A DNA stretch of 64,000 nucleotides from contig SZYA01000026.1 of assembly GCA_005843815.1 (NCBI GenBank), positions 3,949 through 67,948 of the forward strand, read 5' to 3'. A program made the position numbers and the translations under genes. The notes beneath the pieces are model-generated. The model ran no database searches and had not been told where the DNA came from. It saw only the letters and a program-made list of their open reading frames with translations. The DNA comes from Chlorobium sp. GTDB taxonomy: Bacteria > Bacteroidota > Chlorobiia > Chlorobiales > Chlorobiaceae. Each line of letters begins with the position of its first letter. The first letter of the stretch is position 1. Shown here in pieces: positions 53,526 to 64,000 of this stretch.

Positions 53526-54377
53526 ATGAAAAAGGGTCAGATATTGTACTCCGAAAAAAGGTTTTATCTCTGGCTGGCAGTTGCTGTACTGCTGCATGGT
53601 GTTGTGCTTTCAGCTCCTTATGTTTTGCCGTTGTTCGATGTTCGCAAGCATGTTGAGCCGAAAGTAGTGAGTATCACTCTTGTCTCATTACCTGGCGCAG
53701 AAAGTGCTCCCGCTCTTGTGGCGAACCCTTCGCCGTCGGCTTTGCCTCAGCAAGAAAAATCAGGTCAGCATCCCGAATCAGCACCTTCGTTACCCAGCAC
53801 ATCCAGGGCAGCCAGGATCGAGGCTGTGGAGAAAACGGCATTGCCAAAATCCTCAGGGAAGCAGGAGTTATCCAACGCTCTTGAGCGTCTTAAACAGTCT
53901 GTTGGTAAAGCACAACCACAGTACTCCTCTTCCGCCAATACAGTGAAGAGTGCGCTTGCCGAACTTGAGAAGAGAGTTAATTCAGAAAAGGTGCTGGCTG
54001 TTGAAGGAGCTTCCAGAGGTGCTGGAGGTGGCGGTGTAGCAGGCGGCAATAGTGGAACAGGAAAAGAGTATAGAGGATCAAGCGCAGCAAATGCCTATAA
54101 AATGAAAATTACTACAATAATTAAGCGAAACTGGGAGCTCGCCAATCCACGGCTGAAGAGTAGTTTTGGTATGAAGGTGTCGGTTCGTATTACGATTTTT
54201 CCTGATGGATCAATCGGGCAGATTCTGTTTGTCAAGAAATCATCGAGTGAGTATCTGAACAATTCGGTCAAAAAAGCACTCGAGAAGTCATCACCACTTC
54301 CCCCCTTGCCAAAAGGAGATGGTTTTGGTGGTGTCTGGGTGGGTTTTGTCTTTACCCCGGAAGGTATTGAGAAGTAG
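53526..54377 (+). CDS. TolA / TonB-family protein (N-terminal anchor, Pro/Ala/Ser-rich linker, TonB_C-like domain)
   Basis: N-terminal TM segment 'LWLAVAVLLHGVVL', a low-complexity linker, and C-terminal '...VSVRITIFPDGSIGQILFVKKSSSEYLNNSVKKALEKSSPLPPLP'. It sits between tolR and tolB. Confidence 0.7.
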   Translation: MKKGQILYSEKRFYLWLAVAVLLHGVVLSAPYVLPLFDVRKHVEPKVVSITLVSLPGAESAPALVANPSPSALPQQEKSGQHPESAPSLPSTSRAARIEAVEKTALPKSSGKQELSNALERLKQSVGKAQPQYSSSANTVKSALAELEKRVNSEKVLAVEGASRGAGGGGVAGGNSGTGKEYRGSSAANAYKMKITTIIKRNWELANPRLKSSFGMKVSVRITIFPDGSIGQILFVKKSSSEYLNNSVKKALEKSSPLPPLPKGDGFGGVWVGFVFTPEGIEK

Positions 54378-54440
54378 GCGGATTTCTCTATTCCAGGAGA
54401 GATAACAATCAACCAACAACTTTTAACTTGTATACATACC

Positions 54441-55739
54441 ATGCAGCTCACCAGACATATCATCGCCGCTATTTTTGTATTCTGTTGTTTTTTTGTGACA
54501 CCGATGCATCTTGTCGCAGCGCCGGAAGAAGAGTATATCATCATCAGCAAAACAGGGTCGGATAGTATTGCTCTGGCGCTCAATCAGCTTGATGTGAAGG
54601 GGGTGGGGAGCGGAAAGGTAGCCAATAGTCTTGATGTGATTATTCGTGATGCTCTTGATTTTCCGGGACTCTTTACCATTCTCTCTTCACAGGTTACTGT
54701 TGAGGAAAAGAGTGGCATTAATTTCAGCGCTCTTGGTTCGATACAGGCAGAGGTGTATGCACGAGGAGCGGTTGCCTCAACCGCCGGCAATGTCACTCTT
54801 GACATGAAGGTTTATAGTGTCGGCACCGCAAAATTATTGTTCTCCAAAACTTATGTGGGAAAGGAAAATAAGCTTCGTACAATAGGTCATGCATTTTGTG
54901 CTGATCTTGTTGAGCATCTTACCGGAAGCAGGTCTGTGTTTGGCAGCAAGATTGTTTTTGTTTCCAACAGTACAGGGTTTAAAGAGATCTATCAATGCGA
55001 TTTTGATGGAAAAAATGTGGAGCAATTAACCAACTCACGCTCTATCTCCCTGACGCCGGCCCTCTCTCCTGACGGAAAATATCTTGCCTATACCGATTAT
55101 TCGACCGGTCGCCCTGTATTGTATATCAGGAACCTGCTTAATGGAAAAACTGCATCTTCAGGCAAAAGCGGGATCAGCATTGATCCTGCCTGGAGAAATG
55201 GCAGAGAGCTTGCAACAACACTCTCTTTTGAAGGTGATCAGGAGATCTACCTGCTCAAAATTGACGGTTCAATATATCGAAGGCTGACCAAGAGTCGAGG
55301 AATAGACCTTTCGCCAACGTTTTCACCCGATGGCAACAAAATGGCCTACGTTTCCGAACGTAACGGACAGCCGCAGATATTTATACAGGAGCTTCTGTCG
55401 GATGAGGCGAGAAGAGTGACCTTTAACGGCGACTACAATACTCAGCCGTCATGGTCGCCTGCCGGGGATAAAATTGCCTATACTACATGCGAAAATAGTG
55501 GAGAATTCAATATATTTACGGTTGGAGCTGATGGAACGGGGTTGAGGCAGTTGACAGCTCAGTCAGGTCAGAACGAGTCTCCCTCCTGGTCTCCAGATGG
55601 CGAGATGGTTGTATTCACCTCTAACCGTGACGGGAAGAAGAGATTGTACACCATGAGCTCGACCGGCAAGAGTCAGCGAGCACTGTTTCGGATGAATGGG
55701 GAGCAGGCGCAGCCGTTTTGGTCGTTGTTTCGGAAGTAA
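54441..55739 (+). CDS. tolB: TolB periplasmic beta-propeller protein
   Basis: Signal peptide, then repeated 'SP.(W/F)SPDG..(I/L/M)A(Y/F)' propeller blades; 432 aa. Confidence 0.9.
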   Translation: MQLTRHIIAAIFVFCCFFVTPMHLVAAPEEEYIIISKTGSDSIALALNQLDVKGVGSGKVANSLDVIIRDALDFPGLFTILSSQVTVEEKSGINFSALGSIQAEVYARGAVASTAGNVTLDMKVYSVGTAKLLFSKTYVGKENKLRTIGHAFCADLVEHLTGSRSVFGSKIVFVSNSTGFKEIYQCDFDGKNVEQLTNSRSISLTPALSPDGKYLAYTDYSTGRPVLYIRNLLNGKTASSGKSGISIDPAWRNGRELATTLSFEGDQEIYLLKIDGSIYRRLTKSRGIDLSPTFSPDGNKMAYVSERNGQPQIFIQELLSDEARRVTFNGDYNTQPSWSPAGDKIAYTTCENSGEFNIFTVGADGTGLRQLTAQSGQNESPSWSPDGEMVVFTSNRDGKKRLYTMSSTGKSQRALFRMNGEQAQPFWSLFRK

Positions 55740-55861
55740 ATTTTTTTTAAACTGCGGAGGTGATCGTGGGAAAGAAAAAGCTTGATGTGTTTGTTTGATA
55801 AATGCTCAGAAGACGCAGTAATTTCTTCAATTTTTTTTTGTAATAAAACGGAGTCGTGATC

Positions 55862-56425
55862 ATGAAAAAATTTAATGGTGTTTTTGTTCTTCCATTGCTG
55901 GTTATTGCAGGATGCTCATCTGATGCAGCATTGACCTCTACAGGAAGTCAGGTTGTTCCAGTGCCGCTGGCCGTTGCCCCAGCGTTCTTAACCCCTCCAC
56001 CTGCCCCTGCCGCAGTTGCAGTGACTCCAGCACCCCCGGCACCGGACAAAGACTCACAGCCCCAGTCTGGCTATGGATTTGATCAGTGGCAGAAAGGGCC
56101 ACTCGGCGATGTCTTTTTTGCATTTGACAGTAGCGCGCTGAGTGACAAAGCTCAGGAGTTATTGGCGAAGAATGCGGCATGGTTTGGACGCAACCCATCG
56201 AAAAGTGCTCGCGTTGAGGGCCACTGTGATTCCAGGGGTACATCAGAATACAATATCGCGCTTGGTGAACGTCGTTCTACAGGTGTAAAGGAGTACCTGG
56301 TCAGGCTTGGAGTAGCATCAACTCGCCTTGAAACTGTCAGCTTTGGTGAAGAACGTCCTTTTGATTCCGGCAAAAACAGTGAGGCCATGGCAAACAACCG
56401 TCGCGCACATTTTATCGTAAAATAA
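55862..56425 (+). CDS. pal: Peptidoglycan-associated lipoprotein Pal (OmpA-like)
   Basis: Lipobox 'LVIAGCSS'; OmpA-C domain 'VEGHCDSRGTSEYNIALGERRSTGVKEYLVRLGV'. The ATG at 55862 follows GGAG. Confidence 0.9.
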   Translation: MKKFNGVFVLPLLVIAGCSSDAALTSTGSQVVPVPLAVAPAFLTPPPAPAAVAVTPAPPAPDKDSQPQSGYGFDQWQKGPLGDVFFAFDSSALSDKAQELLAKNAAWFGRNPSKSARVEGHCDSRGTSEYNIALGERRSTGVKEYLVRLGVASTRLETVSFGEERPFDSGKNSEAMANNRRAHFIVK

Positions 56426-56501
56426 TGAAGGCTATTTCGTTGGCAAATAAATAATGGTGAATCCGGATGCCGGTTTATTGATTTAACACAATAATTTATT
56501 T

Positions 56502-57338
56502 ATGAGCATAAAGGTAAACTCCATTCTTTTTTTGCCGTTAGTGATACTCTCAGCATGTGCGTCGAAGCAGGATCTGGTCTTGTTTAACGATGATCTTCGA
56601 AAGCTGAAAAACGAGTCCGATGCCATTAAGACGCAATCTGAAGGCTCTTCTACAGAAATTCAGCAGTTGCGTGCTGATATACAAAAACTGAAGAGTGAGA
56701 CTGAAGCAATTAAAGTCCAGTCTGCTGGGTCGTATTCTGAGGCTCAGCAGATTCGTGATGAGGTTTTTCGGTTACAGGGAAGTTTTGAGGGGAGTAACCA
56801 CAAGAACAGTGAGGCGTTCAAGCGTTTGGGTATGGAGGACTCTCTCCTCGTATACAAGGTCGATGATCTTGACGTGCGATTGCAGAAGCTGGAGCAGTTC
56901 GCAGGATTGGGTAAACAGGAAGGCGGAGTCGTGCAGAAAAAGGGAGATGCTTCGCTTCCTGCGCCAATGGATGATGTGGCGCTACTTAAAGATGGTTTAG
57001 CCAAGCTTGCTCAGAAAAACTATGTACTGGCAAGGGAAAGTTTCGGCGCGCTTTTAAAAAACCATCCAAAATCGGAGTTAGCCGACAGAGCCCAGTTTCA
57101 GCTTGCAGAGAGCTACTTCGGAGAAAAAAAATATGAGAACGCCATTCTTGCCTATCAAGTGGTGATTGCCAAATATCTGAAAAGCAGTAATCGTGCAGCA
57201 GCGCTCTTCAAGCAAGCGCGCTCCTTCGAGAAAATTGGGGATACCGTCAACGCATTGGCAAGGGACAAAGACCTGCTTAAAGTCTATCCAAATTCACCCG
57301 AAGCGGGACTTGTAAGGAAAAAACAAAAGAGCCAATAG
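56502..57338 (+). CDS. ybgF: Tol-Pal system protein YbgF/CpoB (coiled coil plus TPR)
   Basis: Lipobox-like 'ILSACAS'. Duplicated coiled-coil segment 'KLKNESDAIKTQSEGSSTEIQQLRADI' / 'KLKSETEAIKVQSAGSYSEAQQIRDEV'. C-terminal TPR-like 'AQFQLAESYFGEKKYENAILAYQVV'. Confidence 0.75.
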   Translation: MSIKVNSILFLPLVILSACASKQDLVLFNDDLRKLKNESDAIKTQSEGSSTEIQQLRADIQKLKSETEAIKVQSAGSYSEAQQIRDEVFRLQGSFEGSNHKNSEAFKRLGMEDSLLVYKVDDLDVRLQKLEQFAGLGKQEGGVVQKKGDASLPAPMDDVALLKDGLAKLAQKNYVLARESFGALLKNHPKSELADRAQFQLAESYFGEKKYENAILAYQVVIAKYLKSSNRAAALFKQARSFEKIGDTVNALARDKDLLKVYPNSPEAGLVRKKQKSQ

Positions 57339-57375
57339 TGTTCAGAGGTTTACTCTAAACGTTATTGGCTTTTTC
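57330..57375 (+). terminator. Possible terminator: AGCCAATA ... TATTGGCT stem followed by TTTTCC
   Basis: An 8-bp stem with a 25-nt loop that has some inner pairing, overlapping the ybgF stop. Weak. Confidence 0.35.
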
Positions 57376-57410
57376 CGTTTACTAATCAGCAGCGGTGTGG
57401 CTAACGTTCG

Positions 57411-57854
57411 CTACTTGAAAAACTCTTCAAGAGTATAGGTGCACCGATCAATTTCTACACAGAGCTTCTGGTCGAGCGAATTGTAAAAGACGGGGATATC
57501 TCTCATCGTCCATTTTATGCCTCGATTGTCAAAATCAATAACATAGCGGTTCTCGTTATCAACGATCTTCTTGTTGAGGTCAATACCAATATCCGGGTGC
57601 GTTGAAAGCACGAAGAGATCAATTTCTCCGTTAATAATTTTATTAATCATCTCTTTTGTTGGCGACAACTTTCTTCGCCCGGAAACAGGAGCGATCTCTA
57701 CCTGCAGTTTGTTGTACTGATCCCTTTTTGCTGAGGTGATATAATACTTCTCTACCTTATGAGCTGCGTTACCTGACCATGGTCCTGCGGTACTGACCCT
57801 GACCTGGTTTTTGCTGGTCTCCGGACGGCTGAGCTGAGGTTGCATTGTCTGCAC
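57411..57854 (-). CDS. Hypothetical protein (147 aa)
   Basis: Clean ORF upstream of dnaK on the same strand. No motif recognised. Confidence 0.5.
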   Translation of the reverse strand: MQTMQPQLSRPETSKNQVRVSTAGPWSGNAAHKVEKYYITSAKRDQYNKLQVEIAPVSGRRKLSPTKEMINKIINGEIDLFVLSTHPDIGIDLNKKIVDNENRYVIDFDNRGIKWTMRDIPVFYNSLDQKLCVEIDRCTYTLEEFFK

Positions 57855-57929
57855 AGTTTAAATTTGCAAAACGTAACACAGGCTTACTGTTTTCATCAAG
57901 GCTCAAATTAGTAAAAGCCGGTCAAATAA

Positions 57930-57956
57930 CAAAGGGATTCACAACGAATCCCTTTG
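57930..57956 (-). terminator. dnaK terminator hairpin (11-bp perfect stem CAAAGGGATTC / GAATCCCTTTG, loop of 5) followed on the minus strand by TTATTTG
   Basis: Verified by hand; it lies 26 nt downstream of the dnaK stop. Confidence 0.6.
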
Positions 57957-57981
57957 CGTAACATAACCCTTTTATTCAGGA

Positions 57982-59940
<1,959 letters not shown>

Positions 59941-60270
59941 TTATCAATATTCCCAAGCCAGCAAGTAGCCCGTTATCGGATGGATATCTCCGTTGACTTT
60001 TTTACCTACCGAGAAGGCCTTTGTCCACCAGGCCCTCGTCATCAAAGAGGTTGAGCGGATCTTTCGATAATGTTAACAACATATCATTCTCCTGGTGTTC
60101 CTGTTTTTGTCTATACATTGAGATAATCGGAGAGAAGTAACCGACCTGCACTTAATCAGCAAAAACCGTGCCATATTCGTTTGTCTCGTGGTTAAACGGA
60201 ATATGGATGTCAGATATGTCTATGTTGTGGTAATAATGTCATACAGTGGCTAAGGAAGAAGGACAACGTG

Positions 60271-60681
60271 TCAGTGTGTAGCGGCTGAGGTTTCGTTTGG
60301 AAGATTTGATTTAAAGTTCTGAATCTGGTCAAGTCGATGCTGAAGGTTTTCAACAACACTTTTTGAGGTCAGATAGCAGGCAAACACCGTGCTGTCATCA
60401 GCAATACGGTAATAGCATTTCAGACCCTCTTTTCTGCGGGTTACCATTCCGTTGTCGTGCATCAGTGCCAGATGTTTGGAGACGTTTGCCTGGTTTGCGT
60501 TGATGGTATTGACGATATCCTGAACAGTGCGTTCCCGCTCACAGAGGGAGCGTAATATTTTAAGTCTCATTGGTTCGGAGAGAAGCTTGAATCTATTGGA
60601 AACTGCTTCAAGCATTTCGTCCGGTAAAATAAGGTTCCACTTGGTTACCTCTTCGGTAGTGATAGTAATTGTTTTGTCCAT
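60271..60681 (-). CDS. ArsR/SmtB-family transcriptional regulator
   Basis: wHTH '[54 protein letters not shown]'. ATG at 60681; the track start at 60687 is TTG. Confidence 0.8.
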   Translation of the reverse strand: MDKTITITTEEVTKWNLILPDEMLEAVSNRFKLLSEPMRLKILRSLCERERTVQDIVNTINANQANVSKHLALMHDNGMVTRRKEGLKCYYRIADDSTVFACYLTSKSVVENLQHRLDQIQNFKSNLPNETSAATH

Positions 60682-60811
60682 GATCAAACGGGGTTCTCTA
60701 TAGTGTTGTGTTTTTTGCCTTCCAGTGCTTGTTCGTGAGCATAATAATCATTATGATAACAATCGTTACGACGAGAAGCGTTTCGATGTATCTCTGGCAA
60801 AATTTTTTGTT

Positions 60812-61051
60812 TCAGAACGTCTCTTTTGGGCTGAGTGACGTGAGTTGCATGATAGAATTAATAAGGGTTTGAGGTGCTTTAAAGCGAACGACCCTCTCCT
60901 TGATGATCATTTTGGTTCTTTGGGCATCGTCAAACTCTCCGTAACACCCCTCGCATTTCGAGATGTGCAGGAGAAACTGCTGTTTCTCAGTAAAAGAGAG
61001 CTCACCGTCTACAGCAGCACTTATGAGCAGGAGGGCTTCATTACAGTTCAT
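60812..61051 (-). CDS. Zinc-binding anti-sigma factor (zf-HC2/ZAS domain), apparently cut off by an in-frame TGA before its TM helix
   Basis: The HxxxCxxC motif 'HISKCEGC' sits immediately downstream of the ECF sigma gene. The same frame continues after TGA (60812-60814) for 37 codons that encode '[24 protein letters not shown]'. Confidence 0.65.
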   Translation of the reverse strand: MNCNEALLLISAAVDGELSFTEKQQFLLHISKCEGCYGEFDDAQRTKMIIKERVVRFKAPQTLINSIMQLTSLSPKETF

Positions 61052-61078
61052 AGTGTAAGTAAGTTGTGCATCTTCAGT

Positions 61079-61708
61079 TTATTGATCTGTATCAGTAGTA
61101 AAGCCATTGGTTCTGGCATATCCTTCAAGCTGAGCACGAAGCAGTTTTCTTCCCCTGAACAGTCGTGATCTGACGGTGCCGATGGGACTATCCACCATAT
61201 TTGCGATCTCCTCATAAGTAAAGCCCTCAATATCACATAACTGAATCACCTCCCTGAACTCTTCCGGTAGTGAGAGAAGGGCCTGATAGACCTCTTCGTG
61301 CAGCATGGTATGGAAATAGTCGCTGTCAGCCTCAGTTGTGTCCCTTCGGGTATCCTTGATCGAATGGTAAAAGTCCTTGATAAGGTCATAATCTACCTTG
61401 CCAGGTTCCTTCGAGTTTTTTCGAAAAATGTTTATATAGTTATTCTTCAAAATTTTAAACAACCACGCCTTGCAGTTTGTTCCCCGCTCAAAAGAATTAA
61501 AAAAACGATAGGCTTTGAGATAGGTATCCTGCACCAAATCCTCCGCATCATCGGGATTCATGGTTATATGAAGCGCATAGTTATAAAGCGCATGGAGGTG
61601 AACGACGGCTTCATTCTGAAACTCGATCTGTTTTTTATGCTCTGCCGGGGAGAGTAGCTCATGAGTTTGCATATTAATTCTCTGTTGAGCTGGATCGGGT
61701 TTGTCCAT
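61079..61708 (-). CDS. ECF-type RNA polymerase sigma factor (sigma-70 regions 2 and 4)
   Basis: Region 2 '[44 protein letters not shown]'; region 4 '[44 protein letters not shown]'. Confidence 0.9.
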   Translation of the reverse strand: MDKPDPAQQRINMQTHELLSPAEHKKQIEFQNEAVVHLHALYNYALHITMNPDDAEDLVQDTYLKAYRFFNSFERGTNCKAWLFKILKNNYINIFRKNSKEPGKVDYDLIKDFYHSIKDTRRDTTEADSDYFHTMLHEEVYQALLSLPEEFREVIQLCDIEGFTYEEIANMVDSPIGTVRSRLFRGRKLLRAQLEGYARTNGFTTDTDQ

Positions 61709-61972
61709 AAGCTGAAATCTTCCGGGTTCAGATGTCGTTGATCTCTTAAAACTTCACTCCGCGTTGAAAATACTTATGCAAATATAAATGTTTTTCAGTA
61801 AACAGTGTTACATCTCTTTTTTTTGGTCTTCTCTTTCAGAGCATCTATCTCCTTCTGGATACCGATTTATCAGACAAGAAAAATAAAAACCGCTTCAAAC
61901 ATAATTTAAAACGATATATTTCAAGCCATTTCCAGGCTTTCGTCATCTGTCAACTTTAACAACCACTCCTCG

Positions 61973-63496
61973 ATGGCTTCCACAACTCAATCGTCTGATG
62001 TCATCGTTATTGGCTCCGGTATTGGAGGGTTGACCGCAGCGGCGCTGCTCCAGGAGAGGGGCATTTCGACGCTGGTGTTCGAAAAGAATCGTTATCCCGG
62101 TGGCAGTTGCTCCTCTTTTCTGCGGGATGGTTACCGGTTTGATGCCGGAGCGTCGGTGTTTTATGGCTTCGGTGAAAATGGCACCAGCGGTACACTGAAT
62201 CTGCACACCAGAATATTCAGGAAGCTGGGGGTTGAGGTTCGCACGATTCCCGATCCGGTACAGATTCATTATCATTTGCCAGAGGGTTTTGCCGTAGCGG
62301 CTTGTTATGATCGATTGGCATTTCTTGGGGCTCTTGCTGCCCGCTTTCCTCATGAAGCTGAGGGAATTACAAAGTTTTACCGTGAACTTGATGAGGTTCA
62401 TGAGATTATCAGTTCACTGCCCGCCGGCTCGCTTGAGGATGTAACACATCTGCTCTCGGTTGGTGGCGCTTTTCCCCTCAAGACGGTGGCGCTTGCCTTG
62501 AAGACCTTCCGATCAATGGGGAAAACGGCACGGAGGTATATTCGTGATGAGGAGCTGCTGCATTTCATTGATATAGAAGCCTACTCCTGGGCAGTACAGG
62601 ACGCAGTTTCAACACCGTTGGTCAATGCGGGTATCTGTCTTGCCGATCGACATTTTGGCGGAATCAATTACCCAGTAGGGGGAGCTGGAGCCATTCCTGC
62701 TGCCTTATGCCAGGGGATCGAGAAATTTGGGGGCGCTATCCGTTATCAATCCGAGGTGACAGAGATTCTGGTCGACCATGGAGAGGCGCGCGGGGTCAGG
62801 CTTGCTGACGGCACGGAGCATTATACCAGAGCTGTTATCAGTAACGCCACCGTTTGGGATACCTTCAACCGGCTTGTTGCCGATTCGCGATATCGGGTAG
62901 ATGAAAAGCGGTTTCTACAGGCACCAAGCTGGTTTCAGCTTTTTCTTGGTGTCGATGCCGCCGTTATTCCCGCCGGATTTGATGTGCACCATATTCTTGT
63001 TGATGACTGGAAGAGCTACGACAAGCTGGGCGGAACCATCTATTTTTCTGCCCCGACAATTCTTGACCCATCTCTGGCACCTCCTGGCAAGCATATTGTT
63101 CATGCCTTTGTGACCGGAGAGGTGGAGCAGTGGACGCAGTATGAGCGAGGAAGCAGTGCCTACAAGAGCGCCAAAGAGGAGGTGGCTGCCGGGATTATTG
63201 CAAGGACGGAACGAATTCTCCCTGGCCTTTCAAAAGCGGTTGATCTGAAAGTTCTTGCTACACCACTGACGCATCAGCGTTACCTTAATCGCTTCAAAGG
63301 CTCTTATGGGCCCCTGCTTAAATCGGGTCAAAACATTTTGCAGAAACCCCAGAATACAACTCCAGTGAAAAACCTTTTTGCTGCGGGGGACAGCACCTTT
63401 CCGGGGCAGGGTGTCATAGCCGTCACCTATTCTGGCGTATCCTGCGCATCCTATATCGCCAGACGATTCGGCAAGCCGCTTGATGAGCTGCGGTAG
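61973..63496 (+). CDS. crtH: Carotenoid cis-trans isomerase-like FAD oxidoreductase (phytoene desaturase/CRTISO family)
   Basis: 'DVIVIGSGIGGLTAAALLQERG', 'GGSCSSFLRDGYRFDAGASVFYGFGENGTSGTLNL' and C-terminal 'LFAAGDSTFPGQGV' resemble CrtH/CRTISO. Subfamily assignment is tentative. Confidence 0.65.
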   Translation: MASTTQSSDVIVIGSGIGGLTAAALLQERGISTLVFEKNRYPGGSCSSFLRDGYRFDAGASVFYGFGENGTSGTLNLHTRIFRKLGVEVRTIPDPVQIHYHLPEGFAVAACYDRLAFLGALAARFPHEAEGITKFYRELDEVHEIISSLPAGSLEDVTHLLSVGGAFPLKTVALALKTFRSMGKTARRYIRDEELLHFIDIEAYSWAVQDAVSTPLVNAGICLADRHFGGINYPVGGAGAIPAALCQGIEKFGGAIRYQSEVTEILVDHGEARGVRLADGTEHYTRAVISNATVWDTFNRLVADSRYRVDEKRFLQAPSWFQLFLGVDAAVIPAGFDVHHILVDDWKSYDKLGGTIYFSAPTILDPSLAPPGKHIVHAFVTGEVEQWTQYERGSSAYKSAKEEVAAGIIARTERILPGLSKAVDLKVLATPLTHQRYLNRFKGSYGPLLKSGQNILQKPQNTTPVKNLFAAGDSTFPGQGVIAVTYSGVSCASYIARRFGKPLDELR

Positions 63497-63736
63497 GTTG
63501 ATGCTCAACTGGCAGCGAAGAGAACAAGGATTTGCTGATTTCGTTGATCAACGCCACTGTTTCGGAACGGGAGCAGGGGGTGGAGCTGAAAATGGTCGCC
63601 GGGCTCCACTTTAAGGCACTATTAAATTCGCCGTCCTGAGATAAATTACAATTTCTTGAATCCCTTACGCTTTGTATTTTTAACCTTGAGCCTTTTATCC
63701 TTACTCAGCTCTTCATAACATCAAAAAAAGAGTGTC

Positions 63737-64000
63737 ATGCGCTTGACAACAGCTCAAATTAACACCATAAAAAAGGAGGTTCAGCGATGTTTAGGGCAAT
63801 CAGCCGTTATCTGGCTTTTTGGCTCCCGTCTTGACGATCAGAAAAAAGGGGGAGATGTTGATTTGTATGTTGAAACAACAAAGCACCGATTACTTGATGA
63901 ACTATCGTGCAAAATTACTCTGGAAGAGCAACTGGAGATGCCTGTTGATTTAATCGTTCGTCAGCCTCTGGATAGCGCCATTATTGCCAACATAGCCAAA
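63737..64000 (+). CDS. Nucleotidyltransferase-domain protein (MNT-like; 5' part, ORF runs off the window)
   Basis: Hand translation: 'MRLTTAQINTIKKEVQRCLGQSAVIWLFGSRLDDQKKGGDVDLYVE...'. 'GSR..D....GGDVDL' is the Pol-beta-type NTase motif. There is no stop before base 64000. Confidence 0.65.
   Translation, partial: MRLTTAQINTIKKEVQRCLGQSAVIWLFGSRLDDQKKGGDVDLYVETTKHRLLDELSCKITLEEQLEMPVDLIVRQPLDSAIIANIAK

Noticed and set aside
60002-60082. 26-codon ORF (MLLTLSKDPLNLFDDEGLVDKGLLGR) with an AGGAG SD in the dnaK upstream region
   Set aside because: It is short and has no supporting conservation or motif information. It could be a chance ORF in a 5' UTR, so it is not reported as a gene.
60812-60814. 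Selenocysteine decoding of the in-frame TGA in the anti-sigma gene
   Set aside because: No SECIS-like stem-loop is visible in the ~40 nt after the UGA. An anti-sigma linker is not a plausible selenoprotein context. I kept it only as a nonsense/read-through observation.

Overview
This 64-kb window looks like a chromosome segment of a green sulfur bacterium (Chlorobiaceae-like). That taxon call is an inference from gene content and order, mainly the cimA-leuDCB-ilvCNBD block, a crtH-like gene and a phytol-kinase/DUF92 gene; no database search was possible. Most of the window is housekeeping: feoAB, a HIT protein, a CNNM/CorC transporter, tadA, gpmA, gltBD, clpX, tRNA-Val(GAC), the branched-chain amino-acid operon, tolQRAB-pal-ybgF, dnaK, an ECF sigma/anti-sigma/ArsR string, and the start of an MNT-type nucleotidyltransferase at the right edge. 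The unusual part is a ~23-kb accessory block (17.2-40.7 kb) between tRNA-Val and cimA. It holds three consecutive same-strand giant ORFs of 4528, 1286 and 1651 aa. They are built from RTX Ca-binding nonapeptides, cadherin/CADG/Calx-beta-type beta-sandwich modules and a shared ~80-aa module, and none has a Sec signal peptide. Two of them have N-terminal cohesin-like regions and the middle one ends in a dockerin-like duplicated Ca-loop/helix segment, which suggests a non-cellulosomal cohesin-dockerin surface scaffold (hypothesis). The third ORF and the partial ORF at the left window edge share a conserved C-terminal hydrophobic tail that lacks the basic cluster of known sorting signals. Other observations: an Ile/Val/Leu-rich candidate leader peptide upstream of ilvD; an anti-sigma gene whose in-frame TGA cuts off a downstream transmembrane helix; a phytol-kinase + DUF92 fusion that overlaps tolQ; and an in-frame hexanucleotide microsatellite and a 312-bp tandem duplication inside the giant genes. 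All calls come from reading the translations and the DNA, so no HMM or BLAST scores are given.
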